From: Actinomycetes bacterium
Lineage (GTDB): Bacteria > Actinomycetota > Actinomycetes > S36-B12 > UBA5976
Direction of reading: 5' to 3'
Length of the DNA stretch: 64,000 nt
Assembly: GCA_037619625.1 (NCBI GenBank)
Contig: JASJMK010000017.1
Location: 7,327 to 71,326, forward strand
The position numbers and the translations under genes were made by a program. The notes beneath the pieces were generated by a model. The model was not told the origin of the DNA. It ran no database searches and saw nothing but the letters and a program-made list of their open reading frames with translations. This document shows, piece after piece, positions 55,437 to 64,000 of the stretch. Numbering within the stretch: position 1 is the stretch's first letter; each line of letters begins with the position of its first letter.

Positions 55437-56543
55437 TTAGTTCTTTGTAGCGGCTGCGAGTTGCCCGCAAGCGCCATCGATATCGCGACCTCGGGTATCG
55501 CGCACAGTTACTGGCACGCCATGGCTCTTCAGGCGATAAACAAATTCTTCTTCATCTTCGCGCCTGGATGCGGTCCACTTGGATCCAGGAGTTGGATTTA
55601 GCGGAATTAAGTTAACGTGTACTAAATTTCCAGCAAGTTTCTCGCCGAGTAAATCAGCGCGCCAAGCCTGGTCATTAATGTCTTTAATCATGGCGTATTC
55701 AATTGAAACCCGGCGACCAGTTTGATCTGCGTAATACCAAGCGGCATCCAAAACTTCCTGGACTTTATAGCGAGTATTAATTGGTACCAATGTGTCGCGA
55801 AGTTCATCATCAGGTGCATGTAAAGAAACTGCCAAAGTAACTGGGATGCCTTCTTCGGCAAGTTGACGCATCCGAGGAACTAATCCAACTGTCGAAACGG
55901 TGATGCCGCGTGCTGACATTCCAAATCCTGCTGGTGCTGGCTCAGTTAGTCGACGAATCGCGCCGATCACGCTGTTGTAGTTCGCCATTGGTTCGCCCAT
56001 GCCCATGAAAACTAAATTATTAACTCGACCTATTCCGCCAGCTACTTCATCGTTGGCAAGTGCGCGAGCGCCCGCCAAAACTTGCTCGACAATTTCCCCT
56101 GTTGAAAGATTGCGAGTTAACCCACTTTGCCCAGTTGCGCAAAATGGACAGTTCATGCCACAACCTGCTTGCGAGGAAATACACATTGTCACGCGGTCGG
56201 TGTAGCGCATTAAAACGCTTTCAACTAAGACGCCATCAAATAATTTCCAAACTTGCTTAACAGTTGTTCCGTTATCGCATTTAAGCTCGCGAATACTTGT
56301 CATGAGATCCGGAAATAACAAATCTTTAACTACTTCACGCATATCAGAGGGAACATCTGTCCAGGAAGCTGTGTCATTATTTAGTCGCTGGTACCACTGG
56401 CGCGAGAATTGATCCGCGCGAAACCCAGGTAAACCAAGTTCGATAACTTGTGCTTTGCGCTCTTCAACCGTCCAGTCTGACCAATGTTTTGGCGGTTTTG
56501 GTCGCTTGGGTTCGATCATGATCAATTCACCGGGTGCAGGCAT
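55437..56543 (-). CDS. rlmN: 23S rRNA/tRNA (adenine-C2)-methyltransferase RlmN (radical SAM)
   Basis: 368-aa ORF with [18 protein letters not shown] (CxxxCxxC) and MGMGEP motifs. Confidence 0.93.
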   Translation of the reverse strand: MPAPGELIMIEPKRPKPPKHWSDWTVEERKAQVIELGLPGFRADQFSRQWYQRLNNDTASWTDVPSDMREVVKDLLFPDLMTSIRELKCDNGTTVKQVWKLFDGVLVESVLMRYTDRVTMCISSQAGCGMNCPFCATGQSGLTRNLSTGEIVEQVLAGARALANDEVAGGIGRVNNLVFMGMGEPMANYNSVIGAIRRLTEPAPAGFGMSARGITVSTVGLVPRMRQLAEEGIPVTLAVSLHAPDDELRDTLVPINTRYKVQEVLDAAWYYADQTGRRVSIEYAMIKDINDQAWRADLLGEKLAGNLVHVNLIPLNPTPGSKWTASRREDEEEFVYRLKSHGVPVTVRDTRGRDIDGACGQLAAATKN

Positions 56544-56570
56544 ACCGTAAGCCTACGGGTGAATCGCCAG

Positions 56571-57395
56571 TTAGAGAAAAATACCGAACAGCGCCCAAGC
56601 CACGAACGAGTTAATTACAAGTGAGTCGAGTCGATCCATAACTCCGCCGTGTCCGGGTAAGAGCCTGCCCATGTCTTTAACGCCAAGATCGCGCTTAATC
56701 ATGGATTCGATCAGATCACCAAAAGTGGCAGTGAGCATCATGACTAAGCCAACAATTGCGCCTTCCCACCAGCTTTGGTTAAAGACAAAAATCCACAGCA
56801 ATATTCCGATGATCAGTTGCAGTGCAAGCGCGCCGGCAAAACCCTCCCAAGTTTTATTGGGAGAAATTTTTGGAGCCATTGGATGCTTGCCAAATAAGGC
56901 TCCGGCAATGTACCCACCGAGATCAGTTGCCGCCGTAAGTAATACGAATGCCAAAACTTTCCACGCACCATCAGTTTGCGTAGATAGCAATACGGCGAAG
57001 CTCGCTAAGACGGGTGCATAAACTAGCGCAAAAATCGAACGTGTTACGTGATGAACATATGCTTCTTCGCCGTCTAGTAGTCGAACGGACAAAATTAAAA
57101 TCACACTTGCCATAAATGTGCCAGCTAATCCCGTCGTGCCATTAAGGCTCGCTGCAACAACAATTAGTGGAGCGAGGATTTGCAGCAAAATTATCATTCG
57201 CTGCGAAAGGCCAATAACTAAGGTTTGGGAAAGTTCGCGCGTTGCCAGCACCGCTGCCAGGGCAACTAAAATCGTGAAGAACCGGATGTCAGCAAATAAC
57301 GAAATTACTAAAGTTGCAAACAATCCAAGACCAACTGCAATGGCAGCAGGTAAGTTACGTCCCGCTTTGCCGTAATCAGTTGAGTTTGTGGTCAT
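56571..57395 (-). CDS. cdsA: Phosphatidate cytidylyltransferase CdsA
   Basis: 274-aa polytopic ORF with the C-terminal signature S..KRD.GVKD...LLPGHGG.MDR.DS. Confidence 0.9.
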   Translation of the reverse strand: MTTNSTDYGKAGRNLPAAIAVGLGLFATLVISLFADIRFFTILVALAAVLATRELSQTLVIGLSQRMIILLQILAPLIVVAASLNGTTGLAGTFMASVILILSVRLLDGEEAYVHHVTRSIFALVYAPVLASFAVLLSTQTDGAWKVLAFVLLTAATDLGGYIAGALFGKHPMAPKISPNKTWEGFAGALALQLIIGILLWIFVFNQSWWEGAIVGLVMMLTATFGDLIESMIKRDLGVKDMGRLLPGHGGVMDRLDSLVINSFVAWALFGIFL

Positions 57396-57398
57396 GAA

Positions 57399-57956
57399 CT
57401 AGACCTCGAGTAGTTCGGCTTCTTTATGCTTAAGCATATCGTCGATGTGAGCCACGGCTTTGGTGGTTAAATCCTCAAGCGCTTTTTCAGCTCGCGCAAC
57501 TTCATCCTTACCCGCTTCGCCATCCTTCGCCATTTTTTCCAAAGCTTCTTTTGCAGTTCTACGAATGTTTCGGATCGCAATCCGAGCATCTTCGGCTTTA
57601 ACTTTTGCGACTTTGATGAATTCTTTGCGGCGATCCTCGGTTAATTGTGGGAATGGCACTCGGATGAAGACACCATCATTTGATGGATTCACGCCAAGAT
57701 CTGAATCACGAACTGCCCGCTCTATTGCGCCCAGTGCAGTTTTATCAAATGGATTAATTACCGCAACGCGTGGTTCCGGAGTTTGGATGGAAGCAACTTG
57801 CTGCAACGGGGTTGGAGTTCCGTAGTAATCCACCATTATTTTTGAGAACAGCGCAGCAGAAGCGCGACCGGCGCGAATCGTGGTGAAATCTTCCCGAGTG
57901 ACTTCAGTTGCTTTTGCCATCTTGGTTTCGGCATCTTTTAAAGTTTCATTAATCAT
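57399..57956 (-). CDS. frr: Ribosome recycling factor
   Basis: Frr signature (MINETLKDAETKM..., RAGRASAALF, PPLTEERRKE-like PQLTEDRRKE). ATG at 57956 is preferred over the upstream TTG at 57965. Confidence 0.93.
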   Translation of the reverse strand: MINETLKDAETKMAKATEVTREDFTTIRAGRASAALFSKIMVDYYGTPTPLQQVASIQTPEPRVAVINPFDKTALGAIERAVRDSDLGVNPSNDGVFIRVPFPQLTEDRRKEFIKVAKVKAEDARIAIRNIRRTAKEALEKMAKDGEAGKDEVARAEKALEDLTTKAVAHIDDMLKHKEAELLEV

Positions 57957-57970
57957 ATTTTTCAAATCCC

Positions 57971-58801
57971 CTAGTGAACAGTTCTAATTAAGGTGCCGAT
58001 TTTTTCACCGTGAACAGCGCGCGCGATATTGCCATCAGTTAATAAGTTGAAAACCACAATTGGCAATTCATTGTCACGGCACAAACTAATTGCAGTTGCA
58101 TCAGCCACTTTGAGATTCTGTGAGAGTACATCGTCATGACTCAAGTTTTCATATTTCTTAGCTGAAGCATTTGCTCGGGGATCAGAGTCATAAACTCCGT
58201 CAACGCCCTTAGCCATAAGCACAACTTCACAGGCAATTTCCAGCGCGCGTTGGGCAGCACAACTATCAGTGCTGAAATATGGCGTTCCAAGTCCGGCGCC
58301 AAAAATTACGACGCGACCTTTTTCTAAGTGGCGAACCGCGCGGCCCGGGATGTATGGCTCAGCCACTTGGCTCATTGGGATAGCGGTTTGCACCCGAGTC
58401 GCTATCCCTTGCTTCTCAAGAAAATCCTGCAGGGCTAAACAGTTCATAACCGTGCCGAGCATACCCATGTAGTCAGCGCGCGCCCGGTCCATGCCACGTT
58501 CCGCAAGCTGGGCACCACGGAAGTAATTGCCGCCACCGATTACGACCGCAACTTCCGTGCCACTATTAACGACTCCGGCTATCTGGCGCGCAATGTCATT
58601 GACCACATCTGGGTCTACGCCTAGTTTTCCTTCGCCCGCAAATGCTTCGCCAGAAAGCTTTAGTAAAACCCGCTTCCAGCCACCGCTTGGAACACCAGGC
58701 CAGATATCTTTGGATTTATCAGATGCGCCCACGACCTCAATCTTGCCGTATCCAACGCAGAATCTGTGCAATGCCCCCGGCAAAATACTTTTGGCACTCA
58801 C
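57971..58801 (-). CDS. pyrH: UMP kinase PyrH
   Basis: [19 protein letters not shown] and other amino-acid-kinase motifs. The 5' end is uncertain. The GTG at 58801 gives a long N-terminal extension, and the GTG at 58732 is an alternative. Confidence 0.88.
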   Translation of the reverse strand: MSAKSILPGALHRFCVGYGKIEVVGASDKSKDIWPGVPSGGWKRVLLKLSGEAFAGEGKLGVDPDVVNDIARQIAGVVNSGTEVAVVIGGGNYFRGAQLAERGMDRARADYMGMLGTVMNCLALQDFLEKQGIATRVQTAIPMSQVAEPYIPGRAVRHLEKGRVVIFGAGLGTPYFSTDSCAAQRALEIACEVVLMAKGVDGVYDSDPRANASAKKYENLSHDDVLSQNLKVADATAISLCRDNELPIVVFNLLTDGNIARAVHGEKIGTLIRTVH

Positions 58802-58911
58802 CCTTGTGAGGTAAGTGCCAAAAGAGCCTAATTTCCAGCGATCAAGTTCGATTTAGCCAGGCAATGAATTGCCTTACTGGCTATCTCTGCTCAGCAATTG
58901 ATCGCCAACGA

Positions 58912-59727
58912 TCAAGCTGAGCCTATTTCGATCCGGACGAAGCCTGTGACGGTAGTACCGGCATCTGCCAGCACTTGCTTTACTGTCTTTTTGCTATCAA
59001 CAACTGATGACTGCTCAAGTAAGCAACTCTCTTTGAAGAAGCCATTGACGCGACCCTCCACGATCATTGGCAAGGAAGCCTCTGGCTTACCTTCCTCTTT
59101 CGCGGTTTCCAAGGCGATGTGCTTTTCGTTTTCCACAACATCAGCTGGAACTTCATCGCGAGTTAAGTAAGTTGGACGCATTGCAGCCACTTGCATGGCA
59201 GCGCTACGAGCGGCCTCTTCACTGCCTGAGTATGAAACCAGGACACCAACAGCAGGTGGCAGGTCAGCAGAACGACGGTGCAGGTAAACGGCAACGTCAC
59301 CATCTGGATTAGCTACGCGACCAAGTTCGATCTTTTCTCCAATAATGGATGCCATGTCAGCAACTGACTGCTCGACAGTTTTGCCGTCGCTCAAAGTTAA
59401 TGCAGCAGCAGCGGCTGAATCTTTCACACCAGCAGCTTTAACAGCTGCCACGATTTGCGTTCCAAGCTTGAGAAAATCTTCACTCTTTGCAACGAAATCG
59501 GTTTCGCACAATAGTTCAATCAATGCTCCGGCATCATGTGAAACGATTCCGGCAGAGGTTTCGCGCTCAGCGCCACGCTTGGCAGCTTTTGCAGCACCTG
59601 AAATTCGAAGAATTTCGACGGCCTTGTCGAAGTCACCAGCAGATTCTTCAAGTGCTTTTTTGCACTCCATCATTCCGGCTGAGGTAATGTCGCGAAGTTT
59701 CTTTACTTCTGCGGCTGAAATAGACAT
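58912..59727 (-). CDS. tsf: Elongation factor Ts
   Basis: 271-aa ORF with an N-terminal UBA-like [21 protein letters not shown] motif. Confidence 0.95.
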   Translation of the reverse strand: MSISAAEVKKLRDITSAGMMECKKALEESAGDFDKAVEILRISGAAKAAKRGAERETSAGIVSHDAGALIELLCETDFVAKSEDFLKLGTQIVAAVKAAGVKDSAAAAALTLSDGKTVEQSVADMASIIGEKIELGRVANPDGDVAVYLHRRSADLPPAVGVLVSYSGSEEAARSAAMQVAAMRPTYLTRDEVPADVVENEKHIALETAKEEGKPEASLPMIVEGRVNGFFKESCLLEQSSVVDSKKTVKQVLADAGTTVTGFVRIEIGSA

Positions 59728-59813
59728 GAATTAGTTCCTTAATGTATTTGATTTTGGTATGAAAGTTTTTTGAAAATTGCGGGCAACTAATAGCTGCCCG
59801 CAATCACAATGAA

Positions 59814-60650
59814 TTATTCGGCAGCAGGCGCTTCTGCAGCTTCAGCCACAGGTGCTTCAGCCACAGGCGCGTCAGCTGATTCGCCGGTTAGTAGTTCCTT
59901 TTCCCAATCAGCAAGTGGTTCTACGCCTGCTTCAACAGGAGCTCCAGCAACAGCGCCACCAGCGCGTGCCATAAGTCCTTCAGCAATTGCATCACCAATC
60001 ATGTGAGTCAGTAAGCCAACGGCGCGCAGTGCGTCATCGTTTCCTGGGATTGGGTAGTCCACAACATCTGGATCGCAGTTGGTGTCAAGAATGCCAACAA
60101 CTGGAATGTTTAGCTTGTGTGCTTCGCCAACAGCAATATGTTCTTTGTTGGTATCCACTACCCAGATTGCACTAGGAAGTTTTTGCATATCGCGAATACC
60201 TGTTAGCACAAGTTCTAATTTTTCTTTTTCGCGGCGAAGTACCAAAAGCTCTTTCTTGGTAAGTCCAGAACCAGCAACATCATCAAAGTTGATCTGCTCT
60301 AGTTCTTTCATGCGCGAAATACGCTTCGAAACAGTCTGGAAGTTGGTAAGCATGCCACCTAACCAGCGGTGATTCACATACGGCATACCAACGCGGGAAG
60401 CTTCGGCTGCAATCGATTCCTGTGCTTGCTTCTTGGTGCCAACGAACAAAACAGTTCCACCGTGCGCAACAGTTTCGCGCACGAATTCGTAAGCGCGATC
60501 AATGTAGGCAAGTGACTGCTGTAGGTCGATGATGTAGATGCCATTGCGCTCAGTAAAAATAAAACGCTTCATCTTTGGATTCCAGCGGCGGGTCTGGTGT
60601 CCGAAGTGAACACCGTTTTCCAGCAGCTGTCGCGTCGAAATGACGGCCAT
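59814..60650 (-). CDS. rpsB: 30S ribosomal protein S2 with acidic Ala/Glu/Pro C-terminal tail
   Basis: 278-aa ORF with [19 protein letters not shown] and WLGGMLTN motifs. The C-terminal tail reads [20 protein letters not shown]. Confidence 0.96.
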   Translation of the reverse strand: MAVISTRQLLENGVHFGHQTRRWNPKMKRFIFTERNGIYIIDLQQSLAYIDRAYEFVRETVAHGGTVLFVGTKKQAQESIAAEASRVGMPYVNHRWLGGMLTNFQTVSKRISRMKELEQINFDDVAGSGLTKKELLVLRREKEKLELVLTGIRDMQKLPSAIWVVDTNKEHIAVGEAHKLNIPVVGILDTNCDPDVVDYPIPGNDDALRAVGLLTHMIGDAIAEGLMARAGGAVAGAPVEAGVEPLADWEKELLTGESADAPVAEAPVAEAAEAPAAE

Positions 60651-60924
60651 GGGAGTACTCCTATTTCTTAGGTTGGCCCCTGGCCAACCTCATTGCGGTT
60701 TGTGTGATCTCGGTTGAGAGCACCCTTGGTTCTCGTGTCGCAGACCGCCTGTTGCCAGGACCGATGGTCTTTCGAATCACTTTTAGTGAACCTGTGATGT
60801 CACTTATTTCTAAGTGCATCTCCTAGTTTACGGGGTTTTTGGGGCGCTAAAACCACAGCCAGTAAGTCTCCCCAGAGGCAAGCGCAGGGCGCAATTCGCA
60901 ATCTGGGTCAGGGAATCTATAGCT

Positions 60925-61428
60925 ATGTCTAACTCCCCTAGAAAGTCTTGGTCTGTCCTGCTGGTGGCAAGTTATTTGGCGCTGACGATCGCTCCAGTCC
61001 AGGCTTCAAGCGCGTGGGTCTGGCCCATGGATCCACACCAATTAAGTACCGGATTTGATCGGCCGGCCCAAAACTGGTTACCCGGACATCGCGGCCTTGA
61101 CTTAGTTGGAGGAATCGGAGATGAAGTTTTAGCGGCCGGAGGCGGAACTATATTTTTTGCTGGACTTATTGCTGGCAAAGGTGTTGTGGTCCTCAAACAT
61201 GGCGCGCTTAGAACGACTTACGAGCCAGTTATCGCGAGCGTTACTTTAGGTGAGCGAGTGCGCGCTGGCGATGTGCTCGGAACATTACAACCCGGCAACA
61301 GCCATTGTGCTAATGCCACAAGCGTGACCTGTTTACATTGGGGATTAATTCGGGGCACTACATATTTGAATCCACTGGCATTAGTACAAAAGCGAGTTAG
61401 GTTAATGCCACAATTCAAAAACAATTAG
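60925..61428 (+). CDS. Secreted M23-family (LytM-like) peptidase domain protein
   Basis: Signal peptide (MSNSPRKSWSVLLVASYLALTIAPVQASSA) followed by HRGLDL (HxxxD) and a LHWGL region. The ORF-track start at 60814 is an upstream extension. Confidence 0.8.
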   Translation: MSNSPRKSWSVLLVASYLALTIAPVQASSAWVWPMDPHQLSTGFDRPAQNWLPGHRGLDLVGGIGDEVLAAGGGTIFFAGLIAGKGVVVLKHGALRTTYEPVIASVTLGERVRAGDVLGTLQPGNSHCANATSVTCLHWGLIRGTTYLNPLALVQKRVRLMPQFKNN

Positions 61429-61455
61429 TTCTTGGACATTGATTACGGACCCTCG

Positions 61456-62376
61456 TTATGCCCGTGGGTGTGACTGCGCAAAGACTGCACGCAGGCGGTC
61501 CATTGATACGTGTGTATATAGCTGAGTTGTTGCCAAACTCGCATGACCCAAAATTTCTTGAACGGTTCGGATGTCCGCGCCACCTTCAATTAGATGGGTC
61601 GCTGCTGAATGCCGCAAGGCGTGTGGTCCAAGATTTGGCATGCCAGCCAAACTAGAGAGAACTTCGTGCACCATGGAGCGAACAACACGTTGATCAATTC
61701 GCTTACCGCGTTGTCCTAAAAATAACGCGGCCCCACTTTGCTCATTTGCGAGTGCGGCCCGAGAAGTTGCTAAATAACTTGAGACTGTCTTATCTGCAAT
61801 CGCTCCGTAAGGAACTACTCGCTCTTTGGCGCCCTTACCTAGTACTCGAATTGTTCGGCGCGATTGGTCTAAGTCATGGATATCGAGTCCAACCAGTTCG
61901 CCTACCCGAATTCCAGTTGCATAGAGCAGTTCCAGAATTGCCAGATCACGAATATGTGTTGGCGAATTGTCGTCAGCGCGCAGCGTTGCTCGGTCCATAA
62001 CTTCTTCTGCTTGCTGGCGCTGCAAAACTTGTGGTAATCGTTTACTGACTTTTGGAATTACTAATGCGCTAGCTGGGTCTTCCTCGATCAATTTGGTGTG
62101 TGTGGCCCAAGCAAAAAACATTCGAATAGCAGTGGCTCTTCTGGCAATCGTTGCGGAAGATAATTCGGCCTTTCGTTGCTGCGCCAGCCAGCCTCGTAAT
62201 TCCACAATTCCAATGTCTTGGAGTTGTTCGCACCCTACGGTTTGCGCAAAAGTAAATAACTGTGCGAGGTCTTTGCGGTAGGCCATCACGGTATTGGCGC
62301 TTCGCCCAAGTTCTAACTCGACATACTGAATAAACCGATCGGTGGCGGCAGCAAATGTTGAGTTAGTTAACTCCAT
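61456..62376 (-). CDS. xerC: Tyrosine recombinase XerC (chromosome dimer resolution)
   Basis: 306-aa ORF with the R...HxxR...Y catalytic pattern (HALRHSAATHL, GHASLATTQLYTHV). The synteny with rpsB, an M23 peptidase gene, dprA and comM matches that of mycobacterial xerC. Confidence 0.88.
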   Translation of the reverse strand: MELTNSTFAAATDRFIQYVELELGRSANTVMAYRKDLAQLFTFAQTVGCEQLQDIGIVELRGWLAQQRKAELSSATIARRATAIRMFFAWATHTKLIEEDPASALVIPKVSKRLPQVLQRQQAEEVMDRATLRADDNSPTHIRDLAILELLYATGIRVGELVGLDIHDLDQSRRTIRVLGKGAKERVVPYGAIADKTVSSYLATSRAALANEQSGAALFLGQRGKRIDQRVVRSMVHEVLSSLAGMPNLGPHALRHSAATHLIEGGADIRTVQEILGHASLATTQLYTHVSMDRLRAVFAQSHPRA

Positions 62377-62433
62377 AGTTCTAGAGTTTCAATGGCTTGG
62401 CTAAATTGCAAGCACATCGAGAATTGGTGGCAC

Positions 62434-63513
62434 TTAACGAAGTTGCCAACCTGCATTAGATAGCGAAATGAATTGGCGGACTTCCAATAATGCAAGCGCT
62501 GCTTGTAGTTCATAGAAATCAAGGTTCGCACCTAGCAAATGGCTCAGGGATTGAAAAATGTCGTGCGTGTCCATTGGGCCAACTTCAAGTGCGGTCATTA
62601 TCGCGCCATCAATAATCCCCAGTTGAATTGATTGATCCTGCTTTCGATAACTAAGAAATATGTCTTGCGAACTGGCGGCAAGTTTCATTACATTGTTACG
62701 AATCGCAGTGTGCACTCCGGCAGAAGTTGCGCTGGTTATTGGACCCGGAATCCCCCAAACTTCCCGACCCAAGACCTGCGCCCAGTTTGAAGTCGAAAGT
62801 GAACCCGAGCGAAGGGCAGCCTCAACAACTAAAGTTCCCTGCGACAGCGCAGCTATCAATCGATTCCGGATCAAGAAGCGATGTTTATGTGGCTTAGCAC
62901 CCGGCGGGGCTTCGCTAATTACTACGCCCGCTTCACTGATTCGCGTCAGCAAACCCCGATGTGAAACTGGGTAAGCAACATCAACGCCGCAAGCAAGCAC
63001 GGCCACTGTCGCGCCAGCACCTAGAAGTACGCCGCGATGCGCAGCGGCATCAATTCCATAGGCCGCTCCAGATACAACGGTTACGGCTTCTTGCGCTGCT
63101 TGCACTGCGATGTCGGTAGCAATGCGTTCACCATATGCAGTAGCAGCGCGCGCGCCAACAATGGCCAGACTTCGTTTTGCTAACTCCGCAAGTGACCCAG
63201 TACCAACGCACCATAACCCAACTGGTGTCGCCAGATCTAGATCATCAACTGCTGTCGGCCACTCACTATCTTCTGGGGTGATAAATCTTCCCTGTACTGA
63301 ATTTAAGGATTTAACTGCCTGCTCTATTGCCCTTGAAGCCAATACTTGATTGATGGATTTAACCATTGCGCCCGCGCCAATACCTCGTTGCCAATTTTGT
63401 ACTGCCTCGATCGCGCCAAACTCAGCTACGGCTTGCCCAACGCGTTCATCACCGGGCTCACCTGCAATCGATATGACTAGTCGCGCTTGCAGGTCAGTTA
63501 ACTGGCTTGCCAT
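62434..63513 (-). CDS. dprA: DNA processing protein DprA (Smf)
   Basis: Rossmann-like DprA core (AIVGARAATAYG, VVSGAAYGIDAAAHRG, VVEAALRSGSLSTSNWA). Start set at MASQLTDLQARL (63513). The ORF-track start at 63600 overlaps comM by about 100 nt. Confidence 0.88.
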   Translation of the reverse strand: MASQLTDLQARLVISIAGEPGDERVGQAVAEFGAIEAVQNWQRGIGAGAMVKSINQVLASRAIEQAVKSLNSVQGRFITPEDSEWPTAVDDLDLATPVGLWCVGTGSLAELAKRSLAIVGARAATAYGERIATDIAVQAAQEAVTVVSGAAYGIDAAAHRGVLLGAGATVAVLACGVDVAYPVSHRGLLTRISEAGVVISEAPPGAKPHKHRFLIRNRLIAALSQGTLVVEAALRSGSLSTSNWAQVLGREVWGIPGPITSATSAGVHTAIRNNVMKLAASSQDIFLSYRKQDQSIQLGIIDGAIMTALEVGPMDTHDIFQSLSHLLGANLDFYELQAALALLEVRQFISLSNAGWQLR

Positions 63514-64000
63514 GAACCATTCCCATCTCGATACATCAAAGCCGCCGCGACATCGGTTTGTGTTGGGATGTCGTGTCCGCGCAAATCTGCAATTGTCCAA
63601 GACACCCGTAATACTCGATCAACACCGCGCGCCGACAATGTGGAGGAGTCTGCGTAAAGCAAGCTCTGTCCTTTTGTCGAAACGGGATAGCGCTTTCGCA
63701 TTAATGGTCCAGGTACTTGTGAGTTAGCGGAGAAAGCCTCACCTGCGAACCGGTGTGCCGCCCGCGCACGAGCTTCTAAAACTCGCGCTGCCACAACTTG
63801 CGTACTTTCAGGTTCCCCTGAGCTTGGATCTAACTCAGCCATACTTGGTCGCTCTAACGTCACGCGTAAATCAATGCGATCAAGTAGGGGGCCAGAAAGT
63901 CGAGAAAAATATCGCCGACGAACTTGCGATGAACAACTGCAATCTGCGCCGATACCAACAAATTTGCCGCATGGGCATGGGTTAGACGCTAAAACAAGTT
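63498..64000 (-). CDS. comM: YifB/ComM-family Mg-chelatase-like ATPase, C-terminal part (5' end beyond the window)
   Basis: The reading frame is open from position 64000. My hand translation gives ...NPCPCGKFVGIGADCSCSSQVRRRYFSRLSGPLLDRIDLRVTLERPS..., which is the ComM zinc-ribbon plus SGPLLDRID signature. The ORF-track 'start' at 63863 is an internal GTG. Confidence 0.85.
   Translation of the reverse strand, partial: LVLASNPCPCGKFVGIGADCSCSSQVRRRYFSRLSGPLLDRIDLRVTLERPSMAELDPSSGEPESTQVVAARVLEARARAAHRFAGEAFSANSQVPGPLMRKRYPVSTKGQSLLYADSSTLSARGVDRVLRVSWTIADLRGHDIPTQTDVAAALMYRDGNGSWQAS

Noticed and set aside
59839-59868. Two copies of the 15-bp repeat gcttcagccacagg[t/c] in the rpsB 3' end
   Set aside because: It is only two copies, encoding the PVAEA duplication of the common acidic S2 tail in Actinobacteria. 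It is not distinctive.
61456-62376. Tyrosine recombinase considered as an integrase marking a mobile element
   Set aside because: The conserved housekeeping synteny (rpsB, M23 peptidase, xerC, dprA, comM) and XerC-type motifs argue against it. There is no adjacent tRNA, direct repeat or phage/plasmid gene.

Overview
64-kb segment of a moderately low-GC actinobacterial chromosome (GC judged by eye, not computed). Gene order matches the conserved Mycobacterium/Streptomyces core. A streamlined freshwater lineage is a weak inference only. Content, left to right: (1) his operon hisD-C-B-H-A-F on the minus strand, then ybaK and dnaE1. (2) rluD-lspA plus a histone-H1-like/DksA-like fusion gene, divergent from a T-box-controlled ileS. 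(3) A complete dcw/division cluster on the minus strand: mraZ-rsmH-ftsL-ftsI-murE-murF-mraY-murD-ftsW-murG-murC-ftsQ-ftsZ-pgeF-yggS-sepF-yggT-divIVA. (4) Three genes upstream of mraZ: a GH25-like gene, a MaoC-like gene and a DUF3040 gene. (5) The most interesting block (35.7-41.3 kb): a tightly coupled four-gene cassette of small DUF6504-like protein, SAV_6107-type HEPN-like protein, DnaE2 and a catalytically intact DinB. It sits behind a perfect LexA box, TCGAAC-N4-GTTCGA, which directly follows a RecA-NDp/PafBC-type promoter motif. No ImuA'/ImuB is present in the cassette. (6) An amine (acetylpolyamine/diamine) catabolism island (41.4-52.7 kb) with paralogous FAD oxidoreductases, tandem EamA transporters, an Lrp/AsnC regulator, phased candidate operator repeats and a long palindrome-rich leader. 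(7) Housekeeping genes prpE-like, rlmN, cdsA, frr, pyrH, tsf, rpsB, an M23 peptidase, xerC, dprA and the 3' part of comM/yifB. I saw no tRNA, rRNA, CRISPR array, transposase or obvious prophage. Many ORF-track starts are over-extended, and I give corrected starts where the sequence supports them. All family names come from reading motifs in the translations, because no database search was possible.
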